Source: an uncultured Candidatus Saccharibacteria bacterium (GTDB lineage Bacteria; Patescibacteriota; Saccharimonadia; CAILAD01; GCA-016700035). From it: a stretch of 64,000 nucleotides of DNA. The position numbers and the translations under genes were made by a program. Below the pieces are notes generated by a model. It ran no database searches. It was not told the origin of the DNA and saw only the letters and a list, made by a program, of their open reading frames with translations. Shown piece by piece: positions 26,540 through 37,111 of this stretch (position 1 is its first letter; the number at the start of each line of letters is the position of its first letter). The stretch covers positions 21,064 through 85,063 of the forward strand of contig CAZTHB010000001.1 of NCBI GenBank assembly GCA_964613485.1, given 5' to 3'.

Positions 26540-29506
26540 CTACCGCAATGTGCCAGCACGTAACATAGCCTTGAGACTATCTACCGACTGCCCTTGCTTA
26601 ATTAACTCAGCGATGCGACTTGCGTTATTGAGGACTGCCTCCTGACCCTCTACGATACGCCCCCCAAGAGGAATAGCGTGCTCGTTTGAGAGGTCTCCAG
26701 TCAACTGATCAAATACCCTAAACTGTTCGGCGTCCGTAAATCCGAGCTTCGGCCGAATCTTATCAATATCCTTCAGAAGCTCTGGATTAAAGCCAGTTGG
26801 AGGACTTGCCTCACCTGCCTGAACCTTATCAATCCACTTAAATAGGTTCATTGTACGCTCATCAGCTTGAGCTTGGGAGATACCAAATTCATTCGGACCG
26901 CTAGCTCGTGCACCTTGGAAACGTGCTTCATCGGGTGACGGTATACGTGGCCCTGAAGGTGGCCCTGGATCACCGGTTGGTGGCTGCGGATCACCAGTCG
27001 GTGGTTTTGGGCGACCCCCGCCACCGTTGCGCAAGAAGTACCCGCCAACCACTGATGCCACACCGGCGACTACACCGGCGATCTTAGCTGTACGAGCCGA
27101 TTTCGCATCACGACTCATCCGCTCCATCTGATCTTTGAGTAGTGCACTCGTAATTTCAGCTGCTTTCTCAGTATCCCCAGCTAATATCTTATTCAGACTC
27201 TCCGGCCCAAACAAAGCTTGGTTATTCTTCGTCATAAACTCCTGGAATGCCTTCGGGTCACGGACATCTAAGCCCTGTTCTTGTGCCTGATTGGCTGTGT
27301 ATTCAATATCACCCTTGTAGCTATCTCCCATCTCGGCATTAGCTTGCTTCATCTCGCCGCGGTTGCGGAATTTCTCACGCCAGCCATGACCGATATTCCA
27401 TGCACCCTCGACCCCCATGAAAGCACCCACGCCGCGCATCGCCGCAGCACCACCAGCCATGATGATACCCGGCACTCCACCAAGAGCGAGCCCACCGGCC
27501 GCAAGCCCAACACCAATCGCAAGACGAGTCTTCGGATGCGCCTTCCACCAGTTGCGCAACTTACCGGCAAACTTTTCGGACTTGACCTCTGTTTGAGCTT
27601 CTTCGACCCTTGTACGGAGCTGTGAGAGCTCAAGAGCTAGCGCAGTCTGGAGTTCAACTGGGAATTTCTCAAGTCGCGCAATCTCAGTATCGATATCAGT
27701 AATCTGAGCCATGAGTTCAGCTTCGCGATCAGTGTCGCCAGCCGTACGGGCTCGTTCAAGCTCACGAGTGAACGTCGCCTTGGTTGCCTCTGCAACACCC
27801 TTGGCATACTCCGCATCCTTCAGCGCCTTACCCGAGGTCTCACCTGCATCAGTGAGGAACTGAGCGTAAACATCTTCCACATCAGACTTAGCAGCCTCAA
27901 ACGCCTCAACGCGCCTACCGCCCAAAACTAATGCTTCACGAGCATCTTTCGCCTCGGCTAACTTTCGAATCGCATCGTTTACTTTTTCACTATGAAGCGC
28001 GAAGATACCATCGACAGTTGGTCGGACAAAAGTACCAGGCTCCTTGTCTGAGTCATCTTCTGGCTTCTCTGGATCCTCAGGTGGCGTTGGGCCTTCCGGG
28101 CCTGGGTCCTCTGGTGGTTTTGGCGGCTCCGGAGGAGTTGGTTCGCCAGGACCGAATGGAGGCTTCGAGTAATCAATAAATGGCGTTACTTCATCGCTAT
28201 CCTCTGGTGTAGTAGGAGTCTCGGTTGGTACGGCCGGCTTAGACTGCCAGAAGTTCTCCTGCATATCCGCGTCAGACTCCGTGGCCTGCTGCCACTTCTC
28301 TTGCGTCTGCTCAAAGGCTGGGCTCTTATAAACATCTTGAGCTTGCTGTGCGGTATAGTAGGCTTCGTTATGCCGTACTCGCGACATTGCTTCCTCAGTA
28401 TCGAGCGCAAATTGCCGCGTAGAGTTGAGTTCGCGTAATATTAACCCATCGCGCTCTCCTTGTGATGGACCAACTACTGAGTACTGCTTGGTTTCACCAT
28501 CAGCAGTCGTATAGCTGACCACTTCGTTTGGCTGATACCCAGACTGTGCTTCACTTCTACTTGGAGTCGTAGCTTCGGCCTGCGCAGTATCTGCAGGAGC
28601 CTCTGCAGTCCCACCGTGCATTTGCTGTGCAAAAGCAGTTGCACGCTCACCATAGCTTCGTGCAGCATCGGCGTTATTTCTGATCTCTTCAAGCTCGGAG
28701 CTTAATGTCTCGCCTTGTGATTGCCCTTGAGCCTGCTCGTCCTCTGAACCCCTATTTACTTCGCTATCCGGCATGATTTTCGTTTCCTCTAATGCTTTTG
28801 TTCCATCATATACATCCGCCCCTCTTGCCGTCAATCCACCTTGTACATTGAGGCGCTGATAATCCTCATCATTAGGCTCGGCATCACGACGGTCTTGTTG
28901 GCGTTCCAGACGACGCTCCACACGGCGCTCATAGCTAATATCACGCGGAGAGGACGCTACCGGAGCAGACGCAGGGGTGGGGGTGGGAGTTGGTTCAGCT
29001 GACGTAATCTCGCCGGTCCAAAAATCAGAACCCACACGTACCAAGCCAGATCGAACTGCAGGCATTACATACGTTACGTAGTCCTCTATCCTTACGCCCT
29101 CTGCACGATACTGCTCTTTTGCCTTATCATATCCAGGTAAGCTTTTCAGAAAATGAGAGATTTCCCGATTCGACATTTTGCGAAAGTCAGGCCTAACATA
29201 GTGCTCTGCTCCAGGCTTAACGCGTCCGGTTCGTTTATCGAGTGCGCGAAGCGACTGACGATATTCCCCATCTGCATCGATGAAAGCGCGCTCTTCTCGC
29301 TTCACCGTATCTGCGAGACCCTGCATATCCGATTCATCACTAACGGCTAATAATTCTGGGTTGGAGAGGTCATCTTCATGTGTCTGCGTGAGTGCCATGA
29401 GCGCATCGCGACGCTGCCGTGCGACGTCTGTAATCCGTCTCGGATGATCAACCGGAAGCTCCTCAACTGAATCTCGAGATTGTTCACCTCTATGCTGACG
29501 ACTCAT
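26540..29506 (-). CDS. Giant (~990 aa) hypothetical protein: acidic/Pro-rich N-terminus, coiled coil, Gly-rich hydrophobic segments
   Basis: Open frame; likely start ATG 29506 after GGAGG (track start 29539). Confidence 0.8.
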   Translation of the reverse strand: MSRQHRGEQSRDSVEELPVDHPRRITDVARQRRDALMALTQTHEDDLSNPELLAVSDESDMQGLADTVKREERAFIDADGEYRQSLRALDKRTGRVKPGAEHYVRPDFRKMSNREISHFLKSLPGYDKAKEQYRAEGVRIEDYVTYVMPAVRSGLVRVGSDFWTGEITSAEPTPTPTPASAPVASSPRDISYERRVERRLERQQDRRDAEPNDEDYQRLNVQGGLTARGADVYDGTKALEETKIMPDSEVNRGSEDEQAQGQSQGETLSSELEEIRNNADAARSYGERATAFAQQMHGGTAEAPADTAQAEATTPSRSEAQSGYQPNEVVSYTTADGETKQYSVVGPSQGERDGLILRELNSTRQFALDTEEAMSRVRHNEAYYTAQQAQDVYKSPAFEQTQEKWQQATESDADMQENFWQSKPAVPTETPTTPEDSDEVTPFIDYSKPPFGPGEPTPPEPPKPPEDPGPEGPTPPEDPEKPEDDSDKEPGTFVRPTVDGIFALHSEKVNDAIRKLAEAKDAREALVLGGRRVEAFEAAKSDVEDVYAQFLTDAGETSGKALKDAEYAKGVAEATKATFTRELERARTAGDTDREAELMAQITDIDTEIARLEKFPVELQTALALELSQLRTRVEEAQTEVKSEKFAGKLRNWWKAHPKTRLAIGVGLAAGGLALGGVPGIIMAGGAAAMRGVGAFMGVEGAWNIGHGWREKFRNRGEMKQANAEMGDSYKGDIEYTANQAQEQGLDVRDPKAFQEFMTKNNQALFGPESLNKILAGDTEKAAEITSALLKDQMERMSRDAKSARTAKIAGVVAGVASVVGGYFLRNGGGGRPKPPTGDPQPPTGDPGPPSGPRIPSPDEARFQGARASGPNEFGISQAQADERTMNLFKWIDKVQAGEASPPTGFNPELLKDIDKIRPKLGFTDAEQFRVFDQLTGDLSNEHAIPLGGRIVEGQEAVLNNASRIAELIKQGQSVDSLKAMLRAGTLR

Positions 29507-29612
29507 ATTGCCTCCAAGATAACAGTAGTAATTATGCACATAATACTTATGCTCCCTATCATACCATGATGACCGAGAGCATGCTGTGGCCCGAATACTA
29601 TATTAGCTAGGG

Positions 29613-32234
29613 CTAACGCCGTTTTTTCTTCTTGTGCTTCTTCTTTGAAGTAGGTTTTGATGCTGTGCGGCGAATGACGCCTTTTTCGCGACCGATACGC
29701 TCAGACTCCTTGAGTGCCCGAGCTCGCGACGGAGCAGTGTTCGCTTCCGATGTCGATGCAATCTCGACTGCCTGCTTGGCGGCCTTCGTGATCTCCGTCT
29801 CGATCGGCTGCTCTTCGGGCTTGGCCGCGAGATCTACACGTACCTTAAAGAGTGTATGAGCAATCTCTGAGTCAATGCGGCGCTGCAGCTCGCCAAACAT
29901 CCGGTATGATTCTTGCTTGTACTCCACCAGCGGATCCCGCTGTGCGTACCCACGCAGGCCGATACCACTACGTAAATGCTCCATAGTCTCAAGATGCTCG
30001 AGCCATGAAGAATCGATCGTATTGAGCGAAACCATACGTTCGATGACCATCACGCCCTCATCACCAAATTCGAGATAGCGCTGACGATACATGTCTTCGA
30101 CGATATCCATAAATTGCTTGATGAGTAAGTCATGATCACGGGATTTCTGGTCTTTCTCCCAGCCCTTATCAAGCGGGATGACATCTCGCACGCCCTGCGC
30201 AAGTTTCTCCAGATCCAAAATGTCTGTTTGAGGATCGGTCGCTCCGGCAATCAGGGCTCGGAATTCAGCCTCGAAAAGTGGAATCATATCATCTTTGAGT
30301 GAATCCTTCTTAAGAATGGTGCGACGGCGAGCGTACATAATCTCACGGTGTTGATTCATAACGTCGTCGTACTCGACGAGATTTTTGCGGATATCGAAGT
30401 TATGTCCCTCGACCTTCTTCTGAGCCGACTCGAGTGACCGAGAAACCATACGATTCTCAATCGGCATATCATCCGGCAAGCCTAATGCCTCCATCATAGA
30501 GCCGATGCGCTCACTACCGAAGATACGCATCAGATCATCTTCTAGCGATACATAAAACTGACTCGAACCTGGATCACCCTGACGACCCGCACGTCCACGC
30601 AACTGATTGTCGATGCGGCGTGATTCATGACGTTCAGTACCAAGCACATGCAAGCCGCCAAGCTCCGCCACGCCATTACCGAGCAAAATATCTGTACCAC
30701 GACCGGCGATGTTTGTTGCTAGCGTGACAGCGCCCTTTTGACCAGCTTCAGCAATAATCTCAGCTTCAGCCTCATTATTCTTCGCATTCAATACTCGATG
30801 TGGCACACCGGCCTTCGTCAGTTGGGCGCTGAGATGTTCATTCTTATCGATCGAGACCGTACCCAGCAAGACTGGCTGCCCCTTGGCATGACGCGCTGCT
30901 ACATCCTGAGCAACCGCTTCGAACTTGGCCTTCTCGGTCTTGTAGATCTTGTCGGGAAGATCATCGCGAATCATTGGCTGATGCGTCGGAATGGTCGTTA
31001 CCTCTAGCTTGTAAATCTTGCCAAACTCCTCGGCCTCAGTCACCGCCGTACCAGTCATACCGGATAGCTTCTTATATAAACGGAAGAGATTTTGGAATGA
31101 TACCGTCGCTAGCGTCTGACTCTCCTGCTGAATAGTCACACCTTCCTTAGCTTCGATTGCCTGATGTAACCCCTCACTATAACGTCGACCTGGCAGCATG
31201 CGACCAGTAAACTCATCGACAATGATAATCTCGCCATCCGGACTAACGACATAATCGCGATCTTTCTGGAATACAGCTTCGGCCTTGAGAGCAGCCTCGA
31301 TATGATGCACATCTTCAATTCGCCCCGCCTCGTACACATTGTCAACTCCGAGAGCTTTCTCGATACGCGAGATGCCTTCCTCGGTAATACTAACTGCCTT
31401 CTGCTTCTCATCCACTGTGTAATCAGCATCTCGCTTTAGTCCTGCTGCGATCTTTGCAAACTGATAATAGCGATCTGTCGGCTTGGCATGCGGCTGGGAG
31501 ATAATGAGAGGCGTACGAGCTTCATCAATCAAAATAGAGTCAACTTCGTCAACGATAGCGTAGTGGAGTCCCCGTTGTACCATTTGATCAACGTGCTGAA
31601 CCATATTATCGCGCAGGTAGTCAAAGCCATACTCATTATTTGTGCCATAGGTGATGTCTGCCGCGTAGGCTTCCTTGCGGGTCACGGGGCGCAGATGACG
31701 TAAGCGCTCATCGGCATGTGACTCATCGGTATATTCTGGATCGTAGACAAAGCTAGAATCATGCATGATCACCGATGTCGTGAGTCCTAGAAAATGATAG
31801 ATTTGGCCCATCCACCCTGCCCCAATACGCGCAAGATAATCATTCACCGTCACCAAGTGAGCGCCCTCTCCTTCGAGCGCATTAAGGTATAGCGGTAACG
31901 TCGCTACAAGAGTCTTACCTTCACCAGTGCGCATCTCGGCGATCCCACCTTGATGGAGAACTAATCCTCCGATCAGCTGTACATCAAAGTGACGCTGCTT
32001 GATAACACGATGGCTTGTCTCTCGAACAACTGCAAACGCTCGCTCAAGCACATCATCGAGCTTCTTGCCTGCTTCGATTTCGGTCTTGAATTTCTTCGTT
32101 TCAGCTTTCAGTTGCTTATCAGACAGTGTACGGATTTCTTCTTCGAGTGCATTAATCCGCTCCACACGAGCTCGAAGCTTGCGTACGACTCGCTCATTTG
32201 GGTCACCTAAAATACGTGAAAAAATATTTGCCAT
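29613..32234 (-). CDS. secA: Preprotein translocase subunit SecA
   Basis: [47 protein letters not shown]. Confidence 0.98.
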   Translation of the reverse strand: MANIFSRILGDPNERVVRKLRARVERINALEEEIRTLSDKQLKAETKKFKTEIEAGKKLDDVLERAFAVVRETSHRVIKQRHFDVQLIGGLVLHQGGIAEMRTGEGKTLVATLPLYLNALEGEGAHLVTVNDYLARIGAGWMGQIYHFLGLTTSVIMHDSSFVYDPEYTDESHADERLRHLRPVTRKEAYAADITYGTNNEYGFDYLRDNMVQHVDQMVQRGLHYAIVDEVDSILIDEARTPLIISQPHAKPTDRYYQFAKIAAGLKRDADYTVDEKQKAVSITEEGISRIEKALGVDNVYEAGRIEDVHHIEAALKAEAVFQKDRDYVVSPDGEIIIVDEFTGRMLPGRRYSEGLHQAIEAKEGVTIQQESQTLATVSFQNLFRLYKKLSGMTGTAVTEAEEFGKIYKLEVTTIPTHQPMIRDDLPDKIYKTEKAKFEAVAQDVAARHAKGQPVLLGTVSIDKNEHLSAQLTKAGVPHRVLNAKNNEAEAEIIAEAGQKGAVTLATNIAGRGTDILLGNGVAELGGLHVLGTERHESRRIDNQLRGRAGRQGDPGSSQFYVSLEDDLMRIFGSERIGSMMEALGLPDDMPIENRMVSRSLESAQKKVEGHNFDIRKNLVEYDDVMNQHREIMYARRRTILKKDSLKDDMIPLFEAEFRALIAGATDPQTDILDLEKLAQGVRDVIPLDKGWEKDQKSRDHDLLIKQFMDIVEDMYRQRYLEFGDEGVMVIERMVSLNTIDSSWLEHLETMEHLRSGIGLRGYAQRDPLVEYKQESYRMFGELQRRIDSEIAHTLFKVRVDLAAKPEEQPIETEITKAAKQAVEIASTSEANTAPSRARALKESERIGREKGVIRRTASKPTSKKKHKKKKRR

Positions 32235-32304
32235 ATAACCTGATAAGTATAGCAGAATTTTCGGCCAACAGATAGAGAAGTGGTGCCGGCAGACACCCTA
32301 AACA

Positions 32305-32345
32305 GAAAACCGGCTCGCTCCTCAAGATGAGAAAACGAGCCGGAA
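32305..32345 (-). terminator. Terminator of the zinc-ribbon gene pair
   Basis: CCGGCTCG...CGAGCCGG then TTTTCT. Confidence 0.7.
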
Positions 32346-32348
32346 GTC

Positions 32349-32705
32349 CTAACCGGTGTCACCGGCAATATGCGCCTCTAAGTCACGCAACCATCCATCA
32401 TCGTCGCCGTTGATGTGATCGTGAAAATCGATCAGGTCGTCGTAGGTGATGGCGCCGCCATCTTTTGGGTGTTCTTCGAGCTCCTTCGGCAACCGCCAAG
32501 AACTCAACGCACAGCCGGCGGACACCAAGATGTCCACCACCTGCTCATCAGCACCCCTCACTTCTGTCATCCGACAGACGGGGCAGCGAAACAGATATGT
32601 GGCTTGCTTTGTGTCCTCGCAAACACGCACTCGCACATCACAACTGCGCAAGTCTACATCACCACACTCACTACAGGTAGCACGAATGAGTGCCATAGTG
32701 CTCAC
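32349..32705 (-). CDS. Zinc-ribbon protein of a family I recognise from Actinobacteria
   Basis: IRATCSECGDVDL...YLFRCPVC...VVDILVSAG...LPKEL...ITYDDLIDFH; GAAAGGA SD. Confidence 0.8.
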   Translation of the reverse strand: MSTMALIRATCSECGDVDLRSCDVRVRVCEDTKQATYLFRCPVCRMTEVRGADEQVVDILVSAGCALSSWRLPKELEEHPKDGGAITYDDLIDFHDHINGDDDGWLRDLEAHIAGDTG

Positions 32706-32742
32706 ATCCTTTCGGGGAAGTTGGGGGTTGAGGATGAGTGGC

Positions 32743-33096
32743 TTACTCCAGGTGGAGAATCAGCGAATCGTCGAGGGATTCATCGAGACAATCCGTACCG
32801 GGATACCACGTAACGAGCACACCCTTGGTAGGGATACCGCGCTCGGACAATACTGTCGGTCCATGAACGCCAGCCGTATGGAGCTGAGCAACCATGTCGT
32901 CAGTGGCAAGCACAAACGGCTGCTTACCACAGATGGTGCATCTGAAGGACAGTGTTCCCACTCGACCATTGAGGATCTCTTGCTTAACCTCGGCTGCTCG
33001 TCGGGCTGGATTAGCCCCACAGAACGGACACGGGATACGCAAGTATGCACCATCGGGTGAGAAGGATGGATCAGTTGGAAGGTTCTTTTCCGCCAT
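32743..33096 (-). CDS. Zinc-ribbon protein, divergent paralog of the downstream gene
   Basis: LRIPCPFCG...LSFRCTICG...MVAQLHTAGV: same CxxC spacing; GAAAGGGGA SD. Confidence 0.7.
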   Translation of the reverse strand: MAEKNLPTDPSFSPDGAYLRIPCPFCGANPARRAAEVKQEILNGRVGTLSFRCTICGKQPFVLATDDMVAQLHTAGVHGPTVLSERGIPTKGVLVTWYPGTDCLDESLDDSLILHLE

Positions 33097-33217
33097 GTCA
33101 TTCCCCTTTCAGGAAGAACACGCCCCAGCGTGGAGCGGATGAATGGATAGGACTGGCTGCTTTTGAGATCAGATCGATACACAATCGCGCATGAACTAAA
33201 AACGAGCAAACCTGATG

Positions 33218-33245
33218 ATTATACAGATTTATGTAATTCTGTCAA
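33218..33245 (-). promoter_or_regulatory. Consensus sigma70 promoter for the zinc-ribbon pair
   Basis: TTGACA-16-TATAAT; imperfect palindrome ACAGA...TCTGT spans the spacer. Confidence 0.7.
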
Positions 33246-33248
33246 TAG

Positions 33249-33605
33249 CTATTCGACTGGCTCTGCTTGAAAAAACTTGCCAACATTGAGGCGCCGTGGG
33301 ATATGCTTTTCTTTATACTTACGAATTTGATCCTTGAGCTTAGCTTCGAGGATATCCACGACGGTATGGGGGTTCATACTAGCTGTCTCGGCAATAATAT
33401 CTTGCTTCGCTACTGAGATGTGTGCGTGCCCAACATAACGTTTTGCTGGATCTGCCGCTTCGTCACGATGTAATTCGACGCGCATTCCGGTTGGACGATG
33501 CGAACGCGGAAAGTACCGATCGAGCTTAGATAGTTTACGATCTATATAGCGATGGAGCTCAGTATCGGCTTCAAACTTTCGGAATGTCTTAGTGGTGTTG
33601 ATCAT
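33249..33605 (-). CDS. hpf: Ribosome hibernation factor (short HPF/RaiA)
   Basis: LHRYIDRKLSKLDRYF...VDILEAKLKDQIRKYKEK. Confidence 0.85.
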   Translation of the reverse strand: MINTTKTFRKFEADTELHRYIDRKLSKLDRYFPRSHRPTGMRVELHRDEAADPAKRYVGHAHISVAKQDIIAETASMNPHTVVDILEAKLKDQIRKYKEKHIPRRLNVGKFFQAEPVE

Positions 33606-34828
33606 AGCGTATCTCCTCCATAATATTGCTGTAATGCCTGCGGTATCTTAACGCCACCTTCGGTCGTCTGATGATTTTCTAGTAGCGCGATGAGGGTGCG
33701 CGTACTAGTAATAGCAGTCCCGTTAAGGGTATGTACATGTGTAAGTTCACCAGCTTCATTGCGATACCGTATATTCAAGCGCCTGGCCTGATAGTCAGTG
33801 CAGTTACTACAGCTGGTTAGCTCACGCCAGGAGTTATCGGTTGGATTCCAGTATTCGATATCATACTTCTCGTATGCCGGAGCAGAGAGATCACCATCGG
33901 CGATACGGATAACTCGATATGGGATTTCTAAAGCCGCACAAATCTTCTCTTCGAGCGCCAGTATACGTTGCAACATCTCGTCGCTCTCTTCGGGTTTTGT
34001 ATAGGCATACATCTCGAGCTTCTCAAATTGGTGCACCCGGAAGAGTCCTTTAGAAAACTTCCCATAGGTACCGCCCTCCAAGCGGTAGCACGGGGAAATA
34101 CCAGCCAATAGTTTCGGCTGCGCCACATCGATGATGTCATCCATATACATGCCCGTAAGAGGCAGCTCTGCTGTAGCGATAAGGTTTAAGTCATCCCCTT
34201 CGATCTTGTAGATCTGGCGTTCTTCTCCGCGCGGCAAGAAACCAGTACCTTCTGCCACTCGCGTATTCACCATATGTGGCACCATCATAAGCTCGAAGCC
34301 TGATTCGGCGATCATATCGCTTATTAGCGAAACGCAAGCTCGCCATAACTTGACGCCAGGACCCTTCAGAAAATAGAATCGGCTCCCTGCCACTTTCGCA
34401 CCAGATTCAAAATCTACAAACTGCAGTTTTTCGTTAAGCTCGAGGTGATCCTTATATGCTGCGAGGTCAGTTGGCTTCGTGCCCCCCTGTCGCTCTTCGC
34501 GGTTCGCTTCTTCGCCACCTTCAGGCGTGTTTGGCGCGATGAGATTAGGGATATCGCCCCAAAGCGTTTTCCACTCCTGTTCAATGTATTGTAGCTCTTC
34601 TTGTTTCTTCACAAGCTCTGCCTTGGCTTGCTGCAAATCAGCCAGCTCTTCTGGAGTTGGCTTGCCCGAGAGCTTGAGAGCCGCACGCAATTCATCGACC
34701 TGTGGGATCAGCTCATTACGGCGCGCATCAAGCTTGATCCAACGATCGATATCGACCGTTAGGCCACGGCGCTTTATATTTACCTTGAGTTCTTCGGTGT
34801 GTTCTCGGACATATCTCAGGTCTAGCAT
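33602..34828 (-). CDS. serS: Serine--tRNA ligase
   Basis: MLDLRYVRE, LIATAELPL, GLFRVHQFEKLE, ELTSCSNCTDYQARRL. Confidence 0.98.
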   Translation of the reverse strand: MLDLRYVREHTEELKVNIKRRGLTVDIDRWIKLDARRNELIPQVDELRAALKLSGKPTPEELADLQQAKAELVKKQEELQYIEQEWKTLWGDIPNLIAPNTPEGGEEANREERQGGTKPTDLAAYKDHLELNEKLQFVDFESGAKVAGSRFYFLKGPGVKLWRACVSLISDMIAESGFELMMVPHMVNTRVAEGTGFLPRGEERQIYKIEGDDLNLIATAELPLTGMYMDDIIDVAQPKLLAGISPCYRLEGGTYGKFSKGLFRVHQFEKLEMYAYTKPEESDEMLQRILALEEKICAALEIPYRVIRIADGDLSAPAYEKYDIEYWNPTDNSWRELTSCSNCTDYQARRLNIRYRNEAGELTHVHTLNGTAITSTRTLIALLENHQTTEGGVKIPQALQQYYGGDTL

Positions 34829-34837
34829 AGTTCTATT

Positions 34838-36394
34838 CTACCGCTCCCGCTTCAGGCGCGCTACTACGAAATCGCGATCAAGGTCTGCCAAGAACCCACC
34901 GAGCTTCGGCCCAGCATCTTTCTGGATAAAGAGTCGGTAGAGCAACTTAAATGCATCCCGCGGTTGCACCTCTTGAGCTTTTGCTGTCTCAAATATCAAA
35001 GTTTGTATCACATCTGCTTCTGGGTTATCGGGATACGAATCGGCTAATGCCTGAAGGAATGACTCTTCAGCCTGCGCGATCTCGACGGATGGCAAATTTT
35101 CGCTCACTGAGAATTTCACTGTTTCGGGAGCATAGCTTGTACCCAGCCATCGCTGTACATATTCAAGCTCGCGTCGGATAACTTCCTCTTCTCGTTTTAC
35201 CTGCACTGGGTGGGTGCGACCGAGGAGTTCTATCGTACGACCCTTATCCATGCGAGACGCCTGGTATGTTGCAACCAGATGAGAATACGGGATAGTCGAG
35301 ATGGTAGCTTCGTCACTCTTCAAGACTGAGACTCGCCACGCGCGTTCAAATTGAGTTGGCTCACCAGCTTGCGCAGCGCGTTCGGTGGCTGCGAATTCAT
35401 CAATCAAGTTATACATACCGAGACCTGGATCAAATTCGAGAACCTTGGAAGGTACACTCTTAAACACAAAGTATCGCAGCACCTCCGGTGGAATGAACTC
35501 CAGCGCTTGATCTATCGTGACAAGATTGCCAAGTGAGCTCGACATCTTGCGCGTATCGCCCTTTAAGTTAATCGGGTTAAATGGGACTGGAATTGGCGGC
35601 TCGGTTCCAAATATTTCGCGCTGGATTGCAGCACCAGTATCATAACTTCCGCCCTTAGTCGCATGCTCTTTACCGAAGCCTTCAACTGTTACGCCAAGCA
35701 TGTGCCATCGTGCCGGCCAATCGACTCGCCAATCAAGCTTTACTTCACCCTTACGAATATCGGCTGTGCGGGCAGTCCCATCGGCTGAACGATACTCCAC
35801 CATTCCTGTCTGGTCGTCGAATCGCAAAAATTCTGCGGTACGTAAGCTCTGACTGGCCGCATCCAATATCTGCACCGGCTGCCAATCATTTGGCATTTCA
35901 CGGTGCGAAATTGTCTCTAAAATACGAGCGATATCATCGCGACGCTGCAGTGCAGTTGTGATAACTTCAGCAAACTTACCAGCTTGATACTCTTCGTGCG
36001 AACGCCATATCTGCATCGGTATACCAAGCTTCTCGGCAGCGGATGCATAAGCCGCAAAGAATTGTTCGGCGTAACTTACTGATTTGCCGTCTGGAGCAGG
36101 CACGAGATACACCGGCTTACCAGCTTCCTGCTCATACGACTCAGGTAGATACTCATAGCGCTTGCGCAGCGCGTCGAAGTCATCGACATTATGCATGTGA
36201 CGAGCTTCGAGCCCGCGCAGCTCTAACCCGCGTCGAATAGCCTCTGCAGTGAGTATCTCGCGAGCATGCCCGACGTGATACGGCCCCGAGGGGGTAATGC
36301 CTGAACAAACCAGTACGGGTGCTCCTTTCGCGCGCTCTGCCACCGCATCCAGAGTGCCATCTAACCAATATTGAGATGTGTCTTGAATTTCCAT
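34838..36394 (-). CDS. lysS: Class I lysine--tRNA ligase
   Basis: SGITPSGPYHVGH (HIGH-like), KLDWRVDWPARW, FGKEH, KMSSSLGN. Confidence 0.95.
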   Translation of the reverse strand: MEIQDTSQYWLDGTLDAVAERAKGAPVLVCSGITPSGPYHVGHAREILTAEAIRRGLELRGLEARHMHNVDDFDALRKRYEYLPESYEQEAGKPVYLVPAPDGKSVSYAEQFFAAYASAAEKLGIPMQIWRSHEEYQAGKFAEVITTALQRRDDIARILETISHREMPNDWQPVQILDAASQSLRTAEFLRFDDQTGMVEYRSADGTARTADIRKGEVKLDWRVDWPARWHMLGVTVEGFGKEHATKGGSYDTGAAIQREIFGTEPPIPVPFNPINLKGDTRKMSSSLGNLVTIDQALEFIPPEVLRYFVFKSVPSKVLEFDPGLGMYNLIDEFAATERAAQAGEPTQFERAWRVSVLKSDEATISTIPYSHLVATYQASRMDKGRTIELLGRTHPVQVKREEEVIRRELEYVQRWLGTSYAPETVKFSVSENLPSVEIAQAEESFLQALADSYPDNPEADVIQTLIFETAKAQEVQPRDAFKLLYRLFIQKDAGPKLGGFLADLDRDFVVARLKRER

Positions 36395-36474
36395 ACTTAC
36401 TCCTTAGTGTATCAGGTTTATAACCAGAAAGCCCACCTGACGGCGGGCTCTGGATTAGTTCTTATGTAGGGTGA

Positions 36475-36939
36475 TTAGTCGATCTGTTTGATCTTGTAGA
36501 CCATGGTGCCCGCCGGCACGTCTACTTCTATCTCATCACCGGGCTTCTTCCCAAGAAGAGCCTTACCAATTGGACTTTCGTTACTGATCTTGCCAGTTTC
36601 TGGGTCAGCTTCAGTTGAGCCAACGATATGAAACTTCTGCACACCGGTCTCGAGCTCAACATGCACAACAGATCCAACCGACACAACATCGCCATGTGAT
36701 TCTTCAATTTCAACTGCATTCTTCAAGATGTTTTCGATTTCAGAAATACGCCCCTCAATAAAAGCTTGGCGTTCTTTTGCGTCATCCCAGCTTGCGTTTT
36801 CAGAGAGGTCACCAAATTCTTTCGCTTCCTTCAGCGCAGCAGCAATCTTCTTGCGCTGCACATTCACCAAATCATCAAGCTCTTCACGTAGCTTATCGAG
36901 ACCACCTTTGGTAACATAGAATTCTTTCTTCGCCATCAT
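36475..36939 (-). CDS. greA: Transcription elongation factor GreA
   Basis: GDLSENA, ISNESPIGKALLG. Confidence 0.97.
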   Translation of the reverse strand: MMAKKEFYVTKGGLDKLREELDDLVNVQRKKIAAALKEAKEFGDLSENASWDDAKERQAFIEGRISEIENILKNAVEIEESHGDVVSVGSVVHVELETGVQKFHIVGSTEADPETGKISNESPIGKALLGKKPGDEIEVDVPAGTMVYKIKQID

Positions 36940-36988
36940 ATCGTATCTCCTTTACAAATACCTTGCCCTTCCCATCGAGTATACCTTC

Positions 36989-37083
36989 CAAAAAGAAAAG
37001 CCCCTCGAAGAGCCTCGGTGTTATTTCGCAGGTTGTTATCCTTGTCGTGGTGTATTATATACAGCTGATATTTAGCTGGTCAA
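36989..37083 (-). promoter_or_regulatory. greA promoter and leader terminator (attenuator)
   Basis: TTGACC-18-TATAAT; leader hairpin GAGGCTC-TTCG-AGGGGCTT plus T-run. Confidence 0.6.
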
Positions 37084-37111
37084 GCGATTTTCAGCCTGAT
37101 TCTCATCGATG

